From NCBI GenBank assembly GCA_002269645.1, contig NIVC01002070.1, forward strand, positions 104,573 to 168,572: a stretch of DNA of 64,000 nucleotides, written 5' to 3'. Every line of letters starts with the position of its first letter. Position 1 is the stretch's first letter. Positions 34,147 through 46,292 of this stretch are shown here, piece after piece. The DNA comes from Macrostomum lignano (Eukaryota). The notes under the pieces are model-generated. The model had not been told where the DNA came from. It did no database searches and saw only the letters and a program-made list of their open reading frames with translations. Made by a program: the position numbers and the translations under genes.

Positions 34147-34814
34147 CGAGGGGTGCCCTTTTCACATGACTTTTTTAACAGTCAGCAAGAGTAACAGCAC
34201 TGCATCTCAATACATAAACAGGAACTTGGATGCTGCATATGGAGCACCAGGAAACAGTGTCTTTCAAAAAAGTTCAAATTTCTTTCTCAGTGGCAACTGA
34301 GACCTTCTCAATATATTCATCCTTCAGTTGGATGCATTTCTTCCACCAGGTAAGCATGTCATCAATGGCATCTGTGTATGCCTGCTTTGGCATTTTGTGG
34401 ACAAGAACCTGTTGCACTTCATGGTCAAGGCAGTCAGTCCTGGATATTGTTTCAGGCCCATGAATTATGCCATTCAATGCTATACACCAGAGGGTGTAGG
34501 CCAAGCAATGCTGTGCTGTCTTTGAATGGACATCCATGGATCCACAGATTGGGAAAAAATTCTAGCCAACACTTGGCAACATCTTTGACTGCCATCAAAA
34601 TTGTAGTTCAATTCTAGTTCTTGTTCATGTAGTGAGATGCAGTACCTCACTGCAATTAAGAAGGCATAAATTTTAAAAAGTTCATGATATTTTCAAAATT
34701 ATTCCATTATGTTATTTTTAAATTAAGCCACAATGAAATAAATCAGTTGCTATAACTCTTGCTGACTGTTAAAAAGAGTCATGTGAAAAGTCCTAAGACT
34801 TTTGGGACACCCCT
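34147..34814 (-). mobile_element. Degenerate, internally deleted mariner/Tc1 element
   Basis: TA-flanked imperfect TIRs (AGGGGTG...TTTTCACATGACT..TTAACAGTCAGCAAGAGT); minus-strand transposase C-terminal remnant EVQQVLVHKMPKQAYTDAIDDMLTWWKKCIQLKDEYIEK. Confidence 0.82.
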
Positions 34815-37800
34815 TAATAACTTCTTATAACTTTTAATTAATGGTAAACCCATTGTTAACAACTCTTATATCAATGATTAAATTAGTAATAAAGTAGATA
34901 ATGACAGCAATAGTTTAACCAATCATTAATTAATAGGCATTCATCTTAACTTTAGCCCCCTAGCATCCCAATAACACAATATGCATATGGTATTGAAAAT
35001 CTGTTAACTTGAGTCTCCAATCCCAAGGACTAAAGTTACCTTCACAGAAACTTTGAAACTAGTAACATTCATTCATTTCTATTACTTTATGCCTTTGGCC
35101 CTACATATAAAGGGCCCCAATGATATTTTAAGTCTTAGCTATTGAGTGGCCAATATAATAAAACATGAACTAGATATGGGAAATATATATTCCTATAACC
35201 ATATCTATATTTATATAAGTTTTAAAAACTTAAATTGAAAAAAGTATCATATACAAAGTAACAAAGATTACAAAGTAAGTGATACTTAGGGTCACATGCG
35301 TAAGGTTAGGCCTAAGAGTTAGATTTTTTAGTTGTCATTGCCAAGAATTTTTTTATTGATTATCAACTATAAAATACATCCTACTGGCACCACTCTTAAT
35401 TTTATTAAGCTGTCATATATATGCTTTATAGCAATTGAGCCAATATATATCAAAAAACACTTTTCCTTCCTAGGAACCTAGATAGAATTCATGCAGAAAA
35501 ATCACAATGCGTTATGCGCTTGCGAGAAAAAAATGGGATTTTGTGTCAAAAAATCCGGAAAAAATGTGTCGCAGAATTTCAGACAAAATTGCTAATTCTT
35601 AATATATGCAAAAGTGCGCTTGAGTTGAGATATTGGATTTTGCAAAAGATAATCCTACTAGCTAAGATCACAAAGAAAAAAAGAATAAAAAGTAAAAACT
35701 AAATAAGGCACAAAAGTAAAAATTCGAAAAAATTCTATAAAAAGTAGAAACTCGTAACATTCTCTAACATACGTATTTGGACGAAAATTCAAATCACTAC
35801 ATTTTCTTAGAATGCATTTTTTGTTATTGTCTTTTGTTATTTTGTTATTTTGCGACGTGCTAAGTACCAAAATAAAAAATGCGACCAATAAAAAATATTT
35901 TGCGCGCCATAAAAAAATCGCATAATTCTGTTTGACTTAAGAAATACAAGAATTCCATCCTGGCCTAGGAAAGACATTTTTTTCAGATTAAGATTGGTTT
36001 ATAATAGTAGATTTTTAATATATAGATATGAAAATCCAACAAACTCTATAATTTATAGGCTACTATTTTGTAAGCCAGGATGTGCATGTATTTTACCACT
36101 TAATTTGTAAAACACAAGTTGTTTTTCATTATAACATTTAACATTTAACATTTTTATCTTATTTATTGTTCATGGATAGGGTCATTGATTGATTTTATTG
36201 TTTTATATTTATCTTTTTTGCCAAAGTATAAAGACACATTATTTTTGAAAATTGGCCAAATAATAAGTCTAGGACGACGGATGTAGATACTGGCTATTTA
36301 CATCCAACATTGTAGATTGTCTTTTGATACAACAAATCTACAATAGCTTACCATTCCATAAGACTTGAGGTGCATGCTGCTTATTGGGCTGGTCATTTGT
36401 GAGGAAAAAAACATGGAGGAAGTGTGCATAGTCTTCAGCTTTTGCTGCATTAATACTTGTGATGTTCGATAGAAATGGGATGAAAACCTTGGTGTGCGAA
36501 TTAGGAAATTCATTATTCAGTTAGCTTTGGAGTTTAAAAAGGTTAGTTTTTCACTATAAAAATAGCCTAGAGTTAACAAATAATAACTATGATGAGCGAG
36601 AATTATAATAAACAGCTGTGAGGCAAAGATGTTACTAGGTTAGTTAGGCCTTAATTCATGTAATTGTAAGATAATTATTTGAACTGAACATGCGTTTCAA
36701 TAATTGCTGCCAATGAAGTTGAATACTTTCCTATTTTTAAATTAGATTTAACAAATAAACAAAGTTGAACTTCATCTTCGAGTCACTGTATTATTATATA
36801 CAAATTAAACAACTAATTAAATTGGAGCACTTTATCAATAAAATAACCGAGGATCTGCTTTATATTTTGGCACGAGGGACAAGAGAGCTTAAAGAGGATT
36901 TTCGCATTACCAATTCCATAAGATTTGAGACGCATTCGAGGTGCATTGAAGAATCGGTTCGGATCTTCTAAGAAAATAGTAGTATAACTATTTAACTTTG
37001 TTTGAAATTTGAATGCCTTATAGCAGCCTCACTTTGCGCAATTTTTCACTTTCTTGGCTATTGCCATTTAATAATTACAACTTTATAGCTATTAAAGCTT
37101 TCTAGTTTTGGAGACAAAAAGTTATACTTTACAAATTGGATTGGTAATAGAACCAGAACAAGCAATATGAAAAGGCCTAAAGAGATATGCTTACATACTC
37201 GAAATCTCTGTTGTTTAGTTTGGTGCAGGGAATCACTAGAATACTGAGAATATTTATCCTTTTCTCTAATTCAACACGGTTTTCCACGTTACTGTATCTT
37301 CACAGACAGTATGCCATACATGAATTTCGAAAATATGTGAAAGTCGACGTGTTTTCTTTTGAAAAAATGTTTGCAGGATAGCTGTGGGCAATCGTGGCGC
37401 AATACCTTCAGGGTCTCAGCGACATCATCCCACTGCCGTCGGTGCGGCAATTCTGCCAATTCCGCCGACTCCTGCATGAGCACATGCAATAGTGCGGATA
37501 ATGTACGCAATAAATAATGATTTCATTAAAGAAGTAACAGTGCTCAGTTTGGACAACAATAGCAGAGAAACAACACTTTTGTGCACGAGACAACAAAACA
37601 AGGGGCTAATTAATCAATATTAAAATTTATTTCAGCTGAATAGTGTACACAAATATTGTATGCACAATTATCAACACAATAATTTATCATTGCAATTCAA
37701 AGGAGCACGGATAAATATTAGATATACTGAACGCAGTTTTGATCGCAAATTTAGAACAGACTTATAATTAATTCAAATTAACAATTTTAACAATTAAAAC

Positions 37801-38074
37801 GCTGAGACAAAATAAAAGTGTGTTGAGGGCATATATTGGACACGATTTACAAAAATATTTGTAACTTCCGAATATCTTGTTTACATTGCAATCTGGGAGC
37901 ATATAATAAGTAGTTCAAAAGAAATTTTCAAATAAAAGAGAACTAACACAGTATACCAGTGTTGCGAGAGTATAGTGCATTCCAATAGTTAATCAAAATC
38001 AGCCAGACTTATGTCAAGTAAACACAGTTCATTCACAGTTCTATCATAAATAACACATGAAGGTCCGGCTCCGA

Positions 38075-40874
38075 TCAGCGCCTGCAGACTCTCAGCATCC
38101 AGGCTGGCGACACCAGCGAAGTGAAGAATCCGGCCAGGTTGGCCTCGACAAGGTGAAGCGACAGCAGCAGGCCAATCAGGGCGCAGGTTAGCGACACCAT
38201 AATGGGCACCAGCGAGAGTAGCGGCGATGCGCTACTGTTCAGTAGAGTCTGAGGGGTTTTTAATGCATTTTCACTTATTTTTAGGCAAAAACAGAAGTTT
38301 GGACAATATTTTACAGACACTACTGACCAGTAGCGAGCAAAGAAGATGAGAGCCCCACACATAAGCTAAAAAGTACAGCCGACGGTCCTCAATGCAGACA
38401 AACGTGACGACTGTCCAGCAGATGTTGAGAAAGACAAACATCAGCGCCAGCACCGAGGACACCAGCAGGAAGCCCTCGTGCTCTCCGCCGAGCCCGACGG
38501 AGCCGGGGCCGGAAATATCGGCCAGCAGGTTCACCATGGAGAAGGCGCCAGCCATGAAGCCGAAGCCCAGGCCGCAAACTGACGGGTGGGCGAGTGGGAT
38601 TGGTGGGTTCGAGTGAGCACTGCTCAGAAGGATTGCAAGGAACTGGAGGCTGTAGGGCTATGCAGAGAATTACTGGATTACAGGAATGAGCTGTCAGAGT
38701 TGAGAAGGGAGCTGTCAGAGATGAAAAAGGCAACTGTCAGAGCTGAGAAGGGAATTGTAAGAATTGGGAAGGGAACTGTCAGAATTGGGAAGGGAACTGT
38801 GAGAATTGGGAAGGGAACTGTGAGAATTGGGAAGGGACCTGTGAGAATTGGGAAGGGAACTGTGAGAATTGGGAAGGGAACTGTGAGAATTGGGAAGGGA
38901 ACTGTGAGAATTGGGAAGGGAACTGCCAGAATTGGGAAGGGAACTGTGAGAATTGGGAAGGGAACTGTCAGAATTGGGAAGGGAACTGTCAGAATTGGGA
39001 AGGGAACTGTCAGAATTGGGAAGGGAACTGTAAGAATTGGGAAGGGAACTGCCAGAATTGGGAAGGGAACTGTCAGAATTGGGAAGGAATTGGGAAGGGA
39101 ACTGCCAGAATTGGGAAGGGAACTGCCAGAATTGGGAAGGGAACTGCCAGAATTGGGAAGGGAACTGCCAGAATTGGGAAGGGAACTGCCAGAATTGGGA
39201 AGGGAACTGTCAGAATTGGGAAGGGAACTGTAAGAATTGGGAAGGGAACTGCCAGAATTGGGAAGGGAACTGCCAGAATTGGGAAGGGAACTGTCAGAAT
39301 TGGGAAGGGAACTGTCAGAATTGGGAAGGGAACTGTCAGAATTTGGAAGGGAACTGTAAGAATTGGGAAGGGAACTGCCAGAATTGGGAATCAGCTGACA
39401 AAGCAAGCCCTGAGTGTGTGACTGCTCTTACCGTAGGACAGAGAGTGCAGGTGCAAAATCTTCACGGGCCGGCCGGTCCCGGCGGTCAGAGTGACCTGGT
39501 CAGCGTCCGTCAGCGGCTCTGAGCCGCCAGCGGAGGAGGCAGCCGCGGCCCCGCCTCCGCCTCCGCTGCTGCCACCGCCGCCGCTGCCGCCGGTCGCGTT
39601 ATCGGACATGGACTGCTGCGAAGTCTCCTCAGCTGAGGCGTCCTCGGCCAGGGCGATTTTCTGCAGACCTTCTTCGGCTCGCCTGTGGGGATGGGACAGC
39701 GAATGAAGGGGAAATTGGAGGGCGATTCTTTAGGGTTGGAGGCGATTTTTCTGGACAGAGAGGCGATTTCTTAAGGGCTGGAAAGCGATTCTTTAGGGTT
39801 GGAGGGCGATTTTTCTGGACAGAGAGGCGATTTCTTAAGGGCTGGAGGGCGATTCTTTAGGGTTGGAGGCGATTTTTCTGGACTGAGAGGCGATTTCTTA
39901 AGGGCTGGAGGGCGATTCTTTAAGGTTGGAGGCGATTTTTCTGGACTGAGAGGCGATTTCTTAAGGGCTGGAGGGCGATTCTTTAGGGTTGGAGGGCGGT
40001 TTTTCTGAACATAGAGGCGATTTCTTAAGGGCTGGAGGGCGATTCTTTAAGGTTGGAGGCGATTTTTCTGGACTGAGAGACGATTTCTTAAGGGCTGGAG
40101 GGCGATTCTTTAAGGTTGGAGGCGATTTTTCTGGACTGAGAGGCGATTTCTTAAGGGCTGGAGGGCGATTCTTTAAGGTTGGAGGCGATTTTTCTGGACT
40201 GAGAGGCGATTTCTTAAGGGCTGGAGGGCGATTCTTTAGGGTTGGAGGGCGATTTTTCTGAACATAGAGGCGATTTCTTAAGGGATGGAGGGCGTTTCTT
40301 TAGGCTTGGAGGGCGATTTTTCTGGACTGAGAGGCGATTCCTTAAGGGCTGGAGGGCGATTTTTCTGGACTGAGAGGCGATTCCTTAAGGGCTGGAAAGC
40401 GATTCTTTAGGGTTGGAGGGCTATTTTAAAAGGAGTAAAAGAATGAATATTAGAGAAAATCCTTAGGCTTAGAATGCAATCGATTCCCAAGTTAGTCATC
40501 AGGTGAACATCCTAAGGACAAGAAGGCCAATTTACTTGATAAAAAAAGTAGAAGGCGATCCGGATAGCCTCCTGGAACAAAATTGACACGACCATGCTGA
40601 ACACCAGCTGTTTCCGGAGCGGCACAACTGCGAACCATACTATTGACGACAGTAGCAATGACAGTAGCCAGAAAAAGGCGCTGAAATGACAAATTCATAA
40701 ATTCAATGATATAACACTTTATCTACAGCTGGCTAGCAAAAAGTGCAAAATAATTAATTACCTGCAAGTTAAAATGATAATCTTAAGCGGATTATTGGCC
40801 ACGGTGAAGATGAACATAATTAGCGCTGGAGAGAAGCTGATCAGAGAGCAGCCGAAAAACTCTAGCAGGGTCAT
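38075..40874 (-). CDS. APH1: Gamma-secretase subunit APH-1; exons 40874-40762, 40680-40536, 39682-39432, 38578-38328, 38248-38075 (one apparent +1 indel in exon 2)
   Basis: MTLLEFFGCSLISFSPAL, AFFWLLSLLLSSIVW, LFQEAIR, RAEEGL, GLGFGFMAGAFSMVNLLADISGPG, GSHLL. Confidence 0.93.
38745..39390. repeat. 21-bp minisatellite (GAATTGGGAAGGGAACTGTCA)n, APH1 intron 3
   Basis: Direct inspection. Confidence 0.95.
39715..40425. repeat. ~63-bp minisatellite, APH1 intron 2
   Basis: GGAGGGCGATTCTTTARGGTTGGAGGCGATTTTTCTGGACTGAGAGGCGATTTCTTAAGGGCT units. Confidence 0.93.
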
Positions 40875-40944
40875 GGCTGCTGAAGCTGGTTGGCTGGAAC
40901 TGTTATGCATAGCGATCGATGCAGTTGCGTATCAATAAATATAT

Positions 40945-41512
40945 CTGTTCCCTAGCCAATCAAAAATCGACCGATCTGTTCCCTAGCCAATCAAAAATCG
41001 ACCGATCTGTTCCCTAGCCAATCAAAAATCGACCGATCTGTTCCCTAGCCAATCACAGATCGGCAGGCTGTTCCCTAGCCAATCACAGATCGGCAGGCAG
41101 TTTCCTAGCCAATCACAGATCTACAGAAGGCTGTTCCCAAGACAGTCACAGACCTACAGAAGGCTGTTCCCAAGACAGTCACAGATCTACAGAAGGCTGT
41201 TCCCTAGCCAATCACAGATCTACAGAAGGCTGTTCCCTATCCAATCACAGACCTACAGAAGGCTGTTCCCTACCCAATCACAGATCTACAGAAGGCTGTT
41301 CCCTACCCAATCACAGACCTACAGAAGGCTGTTCCCTAGCCAATCACAGATCTACAGAAGGCTGTTCCCTACCCAATCACAGACCTACAGAAGGCTGTTC
41401 CCTAGCCAATCACAGATCTACAGAAGGCTGTTCCCTATCCAATCACAGACCTACAGAAGGCTGTTCCCTACCCAATCACAGACCTACAGAAGGCTGTTCC
41501 CTACCCAATCAC
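40945..41512. repeat. 30-33-bp minisatellite with a CCAAT box in most units, upstream of the APH1 ATG
   Basis: 16 CCAAT copies (TAGCCAATCA / TACCCAATCA / TATCCAATCA) between 40956 and 41505. Confidence 0.92.
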
Positions 41513-41917
41513 ATCGGGTCATCGGATCTTAACAATCACGAATCTACAAAAGGCAAAATAGTCAAACGTATGAGTCATAGGACGTCTTGTTTTAACAATA
41601 TTCGACCGGAATCTGAGCATAACTTTCGGTTGTATGTTCTTAACTTTCAAGCAGGAAAATCAGAATTTAAAAAATCAACAAATAAGGTCTTGCTTCAGTA
41701 ATGTGAAAACAAGTACAAATTAAGGCACCTCTATAGTTATAAAATGAATTTGCAAGAGAAGTTAATTATGAGCTGAAGCCGAAAGTTAAAGTCCTACGTT
41801 ATATACTGGTAGTTTACAATAAACAGGGATATGGTTTTTGATGTTCTAATATTGAAACGAGTAGCAGCGGACTATGAAAGAAGCTTCAAAGACTGCAGAC
41901 TGAAAGAAAAAATATTA

Positions 41918-44254
41918 TCAAAGCCGCCCCGACGGGCTACCGTCGGTGCTGCACTGCACAGCCCGACCTTCGGCCAGCAGCTGTCGAATCTCGGCCTCTG
42001 AGTAGCCGAGCTCGGCCAGCAGGCCGCAGGTGTGCTCGCCAATCCGGGGCGACCGGCTGGGCTGGAACGGCTCGTCCGGCCCGACCCCGGAGCCGTCGGG
42101 AGCGACGCTGGCGAAGCGCGGCGGCCGGGGCAGGTGGTGGCCGGGTGTGTCTGCCGACGGGGAGAACGAGGCCCGGACAGCGGCGTGCGGGTTGGCCTGC
42201 GCCTCGGACAGCTCTTCGACTGCGTTCACGCAGGCGTCCGGCCCGAATCTGTGAGTAGATTTGGCGCCAGGGATTCGAAAAGTGAGGACTCGGGTGGAAT
42301 GGATCTGGAATTTTTAGGGATTCAGGTGTGGGGATCTGGGAGGGTGGGGATTCAGGTGTTGGTGATTTGAGTGGGTGGGGATTCAGGTGTTGGGGATTTG
42401 AGAGTGGGGATTCAGGTGTGGGGATCGGAGAGGGTGGGGATTCAGGTGTGGGGTCTGAGAGGGTAGGGATTCCGGTGTGGGGATCTGCGAGGGTGGGGAT
42501 TCAGGTGTGGGGATCTGGGAGGGTGGGGATTCCGGTGTGGGGATCTGCGAGGGTGGGGATTCAGGTGTGGGGATCTGGGAGGGTGGGGATTCAGGTGCTA
42601 GGAATTTGAGAGGGTGGGAATTCAGATGTGGGGATTTTAGAGGGTGGGATTTCAGGTGTGGGGATCTGGGAGGGAGGGGATTCAGGTGTGGGGATCTGGG
42701 AGATTGGGGATTCAGGTGTGGGTATCTGAGAGATTGGGGATTCAGGTGTGGGGATCTGGGAGATTGGGGATTCAGGTGTGGGTATCTAGGATGTTGCGAG
42801 TTCAGATGTTGGGAATACGGGATTGGGATTCCGAACTTCCTCTCTCACCTGGACAGCCAGTCGTCCCTAGTTTTGGTGCCGATGATCTTAGTCACTGTGG
42901 CGATGGCCCCGGCTGCATCCTCGGTGGCCTGGGGCAGCTCCGCCTCGGTGAGCCCAAGTCCGGCCACAAAAGCGGCGTAGAACTGCGGCTCCAGCGCGCC
43001 AACGGCCAGGTGGCGGCCGTCCAGGCAGCGGTAGCAGCGGTAGAAGTGCGCGCCGCCGTCCAGGATGTTCTCGCCGGGCCTGGCGCCGTCGCGCCAGACG
43101 AACAGATCGCGCGAGGCAAACAGCCAGCTGGCCAGGTAGGCGGCGCCCTCCGTCAGGTTGGCGTCGAGGATTCGGCCGAGGCCGGTGGCCTGGCGCTCGA
43201 ATAGGGCGGCCACGATGCCTGCGAAGTTGGAGAGGATTTTCAATTGGGATCTGGGGAGCTGACGGTTGGGAATCAGGGTGTTGATGTAGAGACTCCAGGG
43301 TTGGGATTCGTGTGAAAAGGTTATGGTTGGTATCTGGGTGTCAGGGACTGGGTGTCAGGGACTCTGGGTTGGTATCTGGGTGTCAGGCACTGGGTGTCAG
43401 GGAGTCAGGGTTGGTATCTGGGTGTCAGGCACGGGTGTCAGGGAGTCAGGGTTGGTATCTGGGTGTCAGGGAGTCAGGGTTGGTATCTGGGTGTCAGGGA
43501 CAATGGGTTGGGATCTGGGTGTCAGGGACAATGGGTTGGGATCTGGGTGTGAGGGACAATGGTTGGGATCTGGGTGTGAGGGACAATGCGTTGGGATCTG
43601 GGTGTGAGGGACAATGGTTGGGATCTGGGTGTGAGGGACAATGCGTTGGGATCTGGGTGTGAGGGACAATGGTTGGGATCTGGGTGTCAGTGACACTGGG
43701 TTGGGATCTGGGTGTCAGTGACAATGGGTTGGGATCTATGTCAGGGAATTCAACGCACCCAGCGCGGCCAGGAGGCCCCCGCCGGCAAAGTCGGCCAGCA
43801 GATTGACTGGCGGCCGGGGCGGCGAGTCGCCATCGGCCAGGCGGGACAGCACGCCGGACGCGGCCAGATAGTTGATGTCGTGTCCGGGACGCTGGGCCAG
43901 CGGGCCGGACTGTCCGTAGCCGCTGAGCCGGCTGTACACCAGGCGGGGATTCTCGGCCAGGAGGCGGTCGGGCCCGAAGCCGAGCTTCTCCATGACGCCG
44001 GGCCGGAACGGCTCGATGAGGACGTCGGAGGCGGCGCAGAGCCGGCGAAATGCAGCGCCGCCGCTGGGAGATTTGAGGTCGAGGGCCAGCGACTCCTTGC
44101 CGCGGGCCAGCCGGTCGACCGTGAAGGCGGCGTCCGCCCGGTCGACGCGGACAACCCGGGCGCCGAGGTCGCGGAGCAGCAGGCCGCAGAAGGGCGCCGG
44201 CGCCAGGCCGGCCAGTTCAACAACGCGAACGCCTGCCAGAGCTGCAGAGGGCAT
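41918..44254 (-). CDS. AMACR: Alpha-methylacyl-CoA racemase (CoA-transferase family III); exons 44254-43759, 43218-42849, 42248-41918
   Basis: [87 protein letters not shown]; phases 1 and 2 consistent. Confidence 0.97.
42325..42800. repeat. G-rich ~29-bp minisatellite, AMACR intron 2
   Basis: GGGATTCAGGTGTGGGGATCTGGGAGGGT units. Confidence 0.9.
43315..43740. repeat. G-rich 27-30-bp minisatellite, AMACR intron 1
   Basis: GGTTGGGATCTGGGTGT(C/G)AGGGACAAT units. Confidence 0.9.
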
Positions 44255-44359
44255 GGCGGCCGAACTGGAGCAGCTGCGGGGGCGAATTCGGCAAGCTTTG
44301 CTGCTGATATAAGCTGGGCTTGGCTAGGAAATTCGGGCAAGTATAAGCCTGGGGCAAGA

Positions 44360-45360
44360 AAAGGGTGCGGCGGCACATCAAAGGAGCCGGAGGCAGTGAG
44401 AGAAGGGTGCAGCGGCACATCAAAGGAACCTGAGGTTCATGAGGCAGTGAGGGAAGGGTGCGGCGGCACATCAAAGGAACCTGAGGTAGGAAGGGAAGGG
44501 TGCGGCGGCACATCAAAGGAGCCGGAGGCAGTGAGGGAAGGGTGCAGCGGTACATCAAAGGAACCTGAAGCAGTGAGGGAAGGGTGCGGCGGCACAGCAA
44601 AGGAACCTGAGGTAGGAAGGGAAGGGTGCGGCGGCACATCAAAGGAGCCGGAGGCAGTGAGGGAAGGGTGCGGCGGCACAGCAAAGGAACCTGAAGCAGT
44701 GAGGGAAGGGTGCGGCGGCACAGCAAAGGAACCTGAGGTAGGAAGGGAAGGGTGCGGCGGCACATCAAATGAACCTGAGGTAGGAATGGAAGGGTGCGGC
44801 GGCACATCAAAGGAACCTGGAGCAGTGAGGGAAGGGTGCGGCGGCACATCAAAGGAACCTGAGGTAGGAAGGGAAGGGTGCGGCGGCACATCAAAGGAAC
44901 CTGAGGTAGGAAGGGAAGGGTGCGGCGGCACATCAAAGGAACCTGAGGTAGGAAGGGAAGGGTGCGGCAGCACATCAAAGGAACCTGAGGTAGGAAGGGA
45001 AGGGTGCGGCGGCACATCAAAGGAACCTGAGGTAGGAAGGGAAGGGTGCGGCGGCACATCAAAGGAACCTGAGGTAGGAAGGGAAGGGTGCGGCGGCACA
45101 TCAAAGGAACCTGAGGTAGGAAGGGAAGGGTGCGGCGGCACATCAAAGGAACCTGAGGTAGGAAGGGAAGGGTGCGGCGGCACATCAAAGGAACCTGAGG
45201 TAGGAAGGGAAGGGTGCGGCGGCACATCAAAGGAACCTGAGGCAGTGAGGGAAAGGTGCGGCGGCACATCAAAGGAACCTGAGGTAGGACGGGAAGGGTG
45301 CGGCGGCACATCAAAGGAACCTGAGGTAGGAAGGGAAGGGTGCGGCGGCATCAAAGGAAC
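44360..45360. repeat. 42-bp minisatellite upstream of the AMACR ATG
   Basis: GAAGGGTGCGGCGGCACATCAAAGGAACCTGAGGTAGGAAGG units. Confidence 0.95.
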
Positions 45361-45949
45361 ATGAGGAACCTTGGAAAGGAACCTGGCATTAACCATAAGA
45401 GTTTAAAAACCACAATGAAAGCTACAGAAGAAGTGTGGTACGTACAACTTAAAACTAAAAAAGTGTTTTGACAATTGCGCATAAGGCTAAAATGTATATT
45501 TTGTAGCATTCTGTTTCAAACTTGGCGAGTAATTTAGTTGGACAAAGTCAGCCAAGTCAGCAGTTTACTGGGCCAGTTATAAGCGGCGGCTGCGTTAAAT
45601 ACACCGTTAGTTCTGTTTGTCGTGTTCAAAATGAATTAACAATAAAGTAAAATAAAATTTGGTAACCTATTAAATGCAGATACAAATAGAGTTGCGACCA
45701 TGTGAGAAATACCTACTTATAGTAATTAGTAGACAATCAGGCACTGGATTATCTGAGTCAAATAGTTTTTTTACGCAGCAGTGAATGAAGTGGCTGAACT
45801 ACGCTCGTAGCAATTTTTAGTCTGCGCAAAAAAAAGATGAGCAAAGCGTGAATGTAAAAACGTAATGTGGATGAAACTACTTACAGTACTATAGTAAGTT
45901 TTTGCTATCTATAATTATGACTGACAAGACGTTTCACGACTTACACACA

Positions 45950-46292
45950 GGCTGACGCCAGTTCACACACGGACTGACGCCAGTTCACACACAGGCTGAC
46001 GCCAGTTCACACACAGGCTAACGCCAGTTCACACACAGGCTGACGCCAGTTCACACACGGACTGACGCCAGTTCACACACGGACTGACGCCAGTTCACAC
46101 ACAGGCTGACGCCAGTTCACACACAGGCTGACGCCAGTTCACACACAGGCTGACGCCAGTTCACACACAGGCTGACGCCAGTTCACACACAGGCTGACGC
46201 CATTTCACACACAGGCTGACGCCAGTTCACACACGGACTGACGCCAGTTCACACACGGACTGACGCCAGTTCACACACGGACTGACGCCACC
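45950..46292. repeat. 22-bp minisatellite abutting the CEP57-like stop codon
   Basis: CTGACGCCAGTTCACACACAGG units. Confidence 0.93.
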
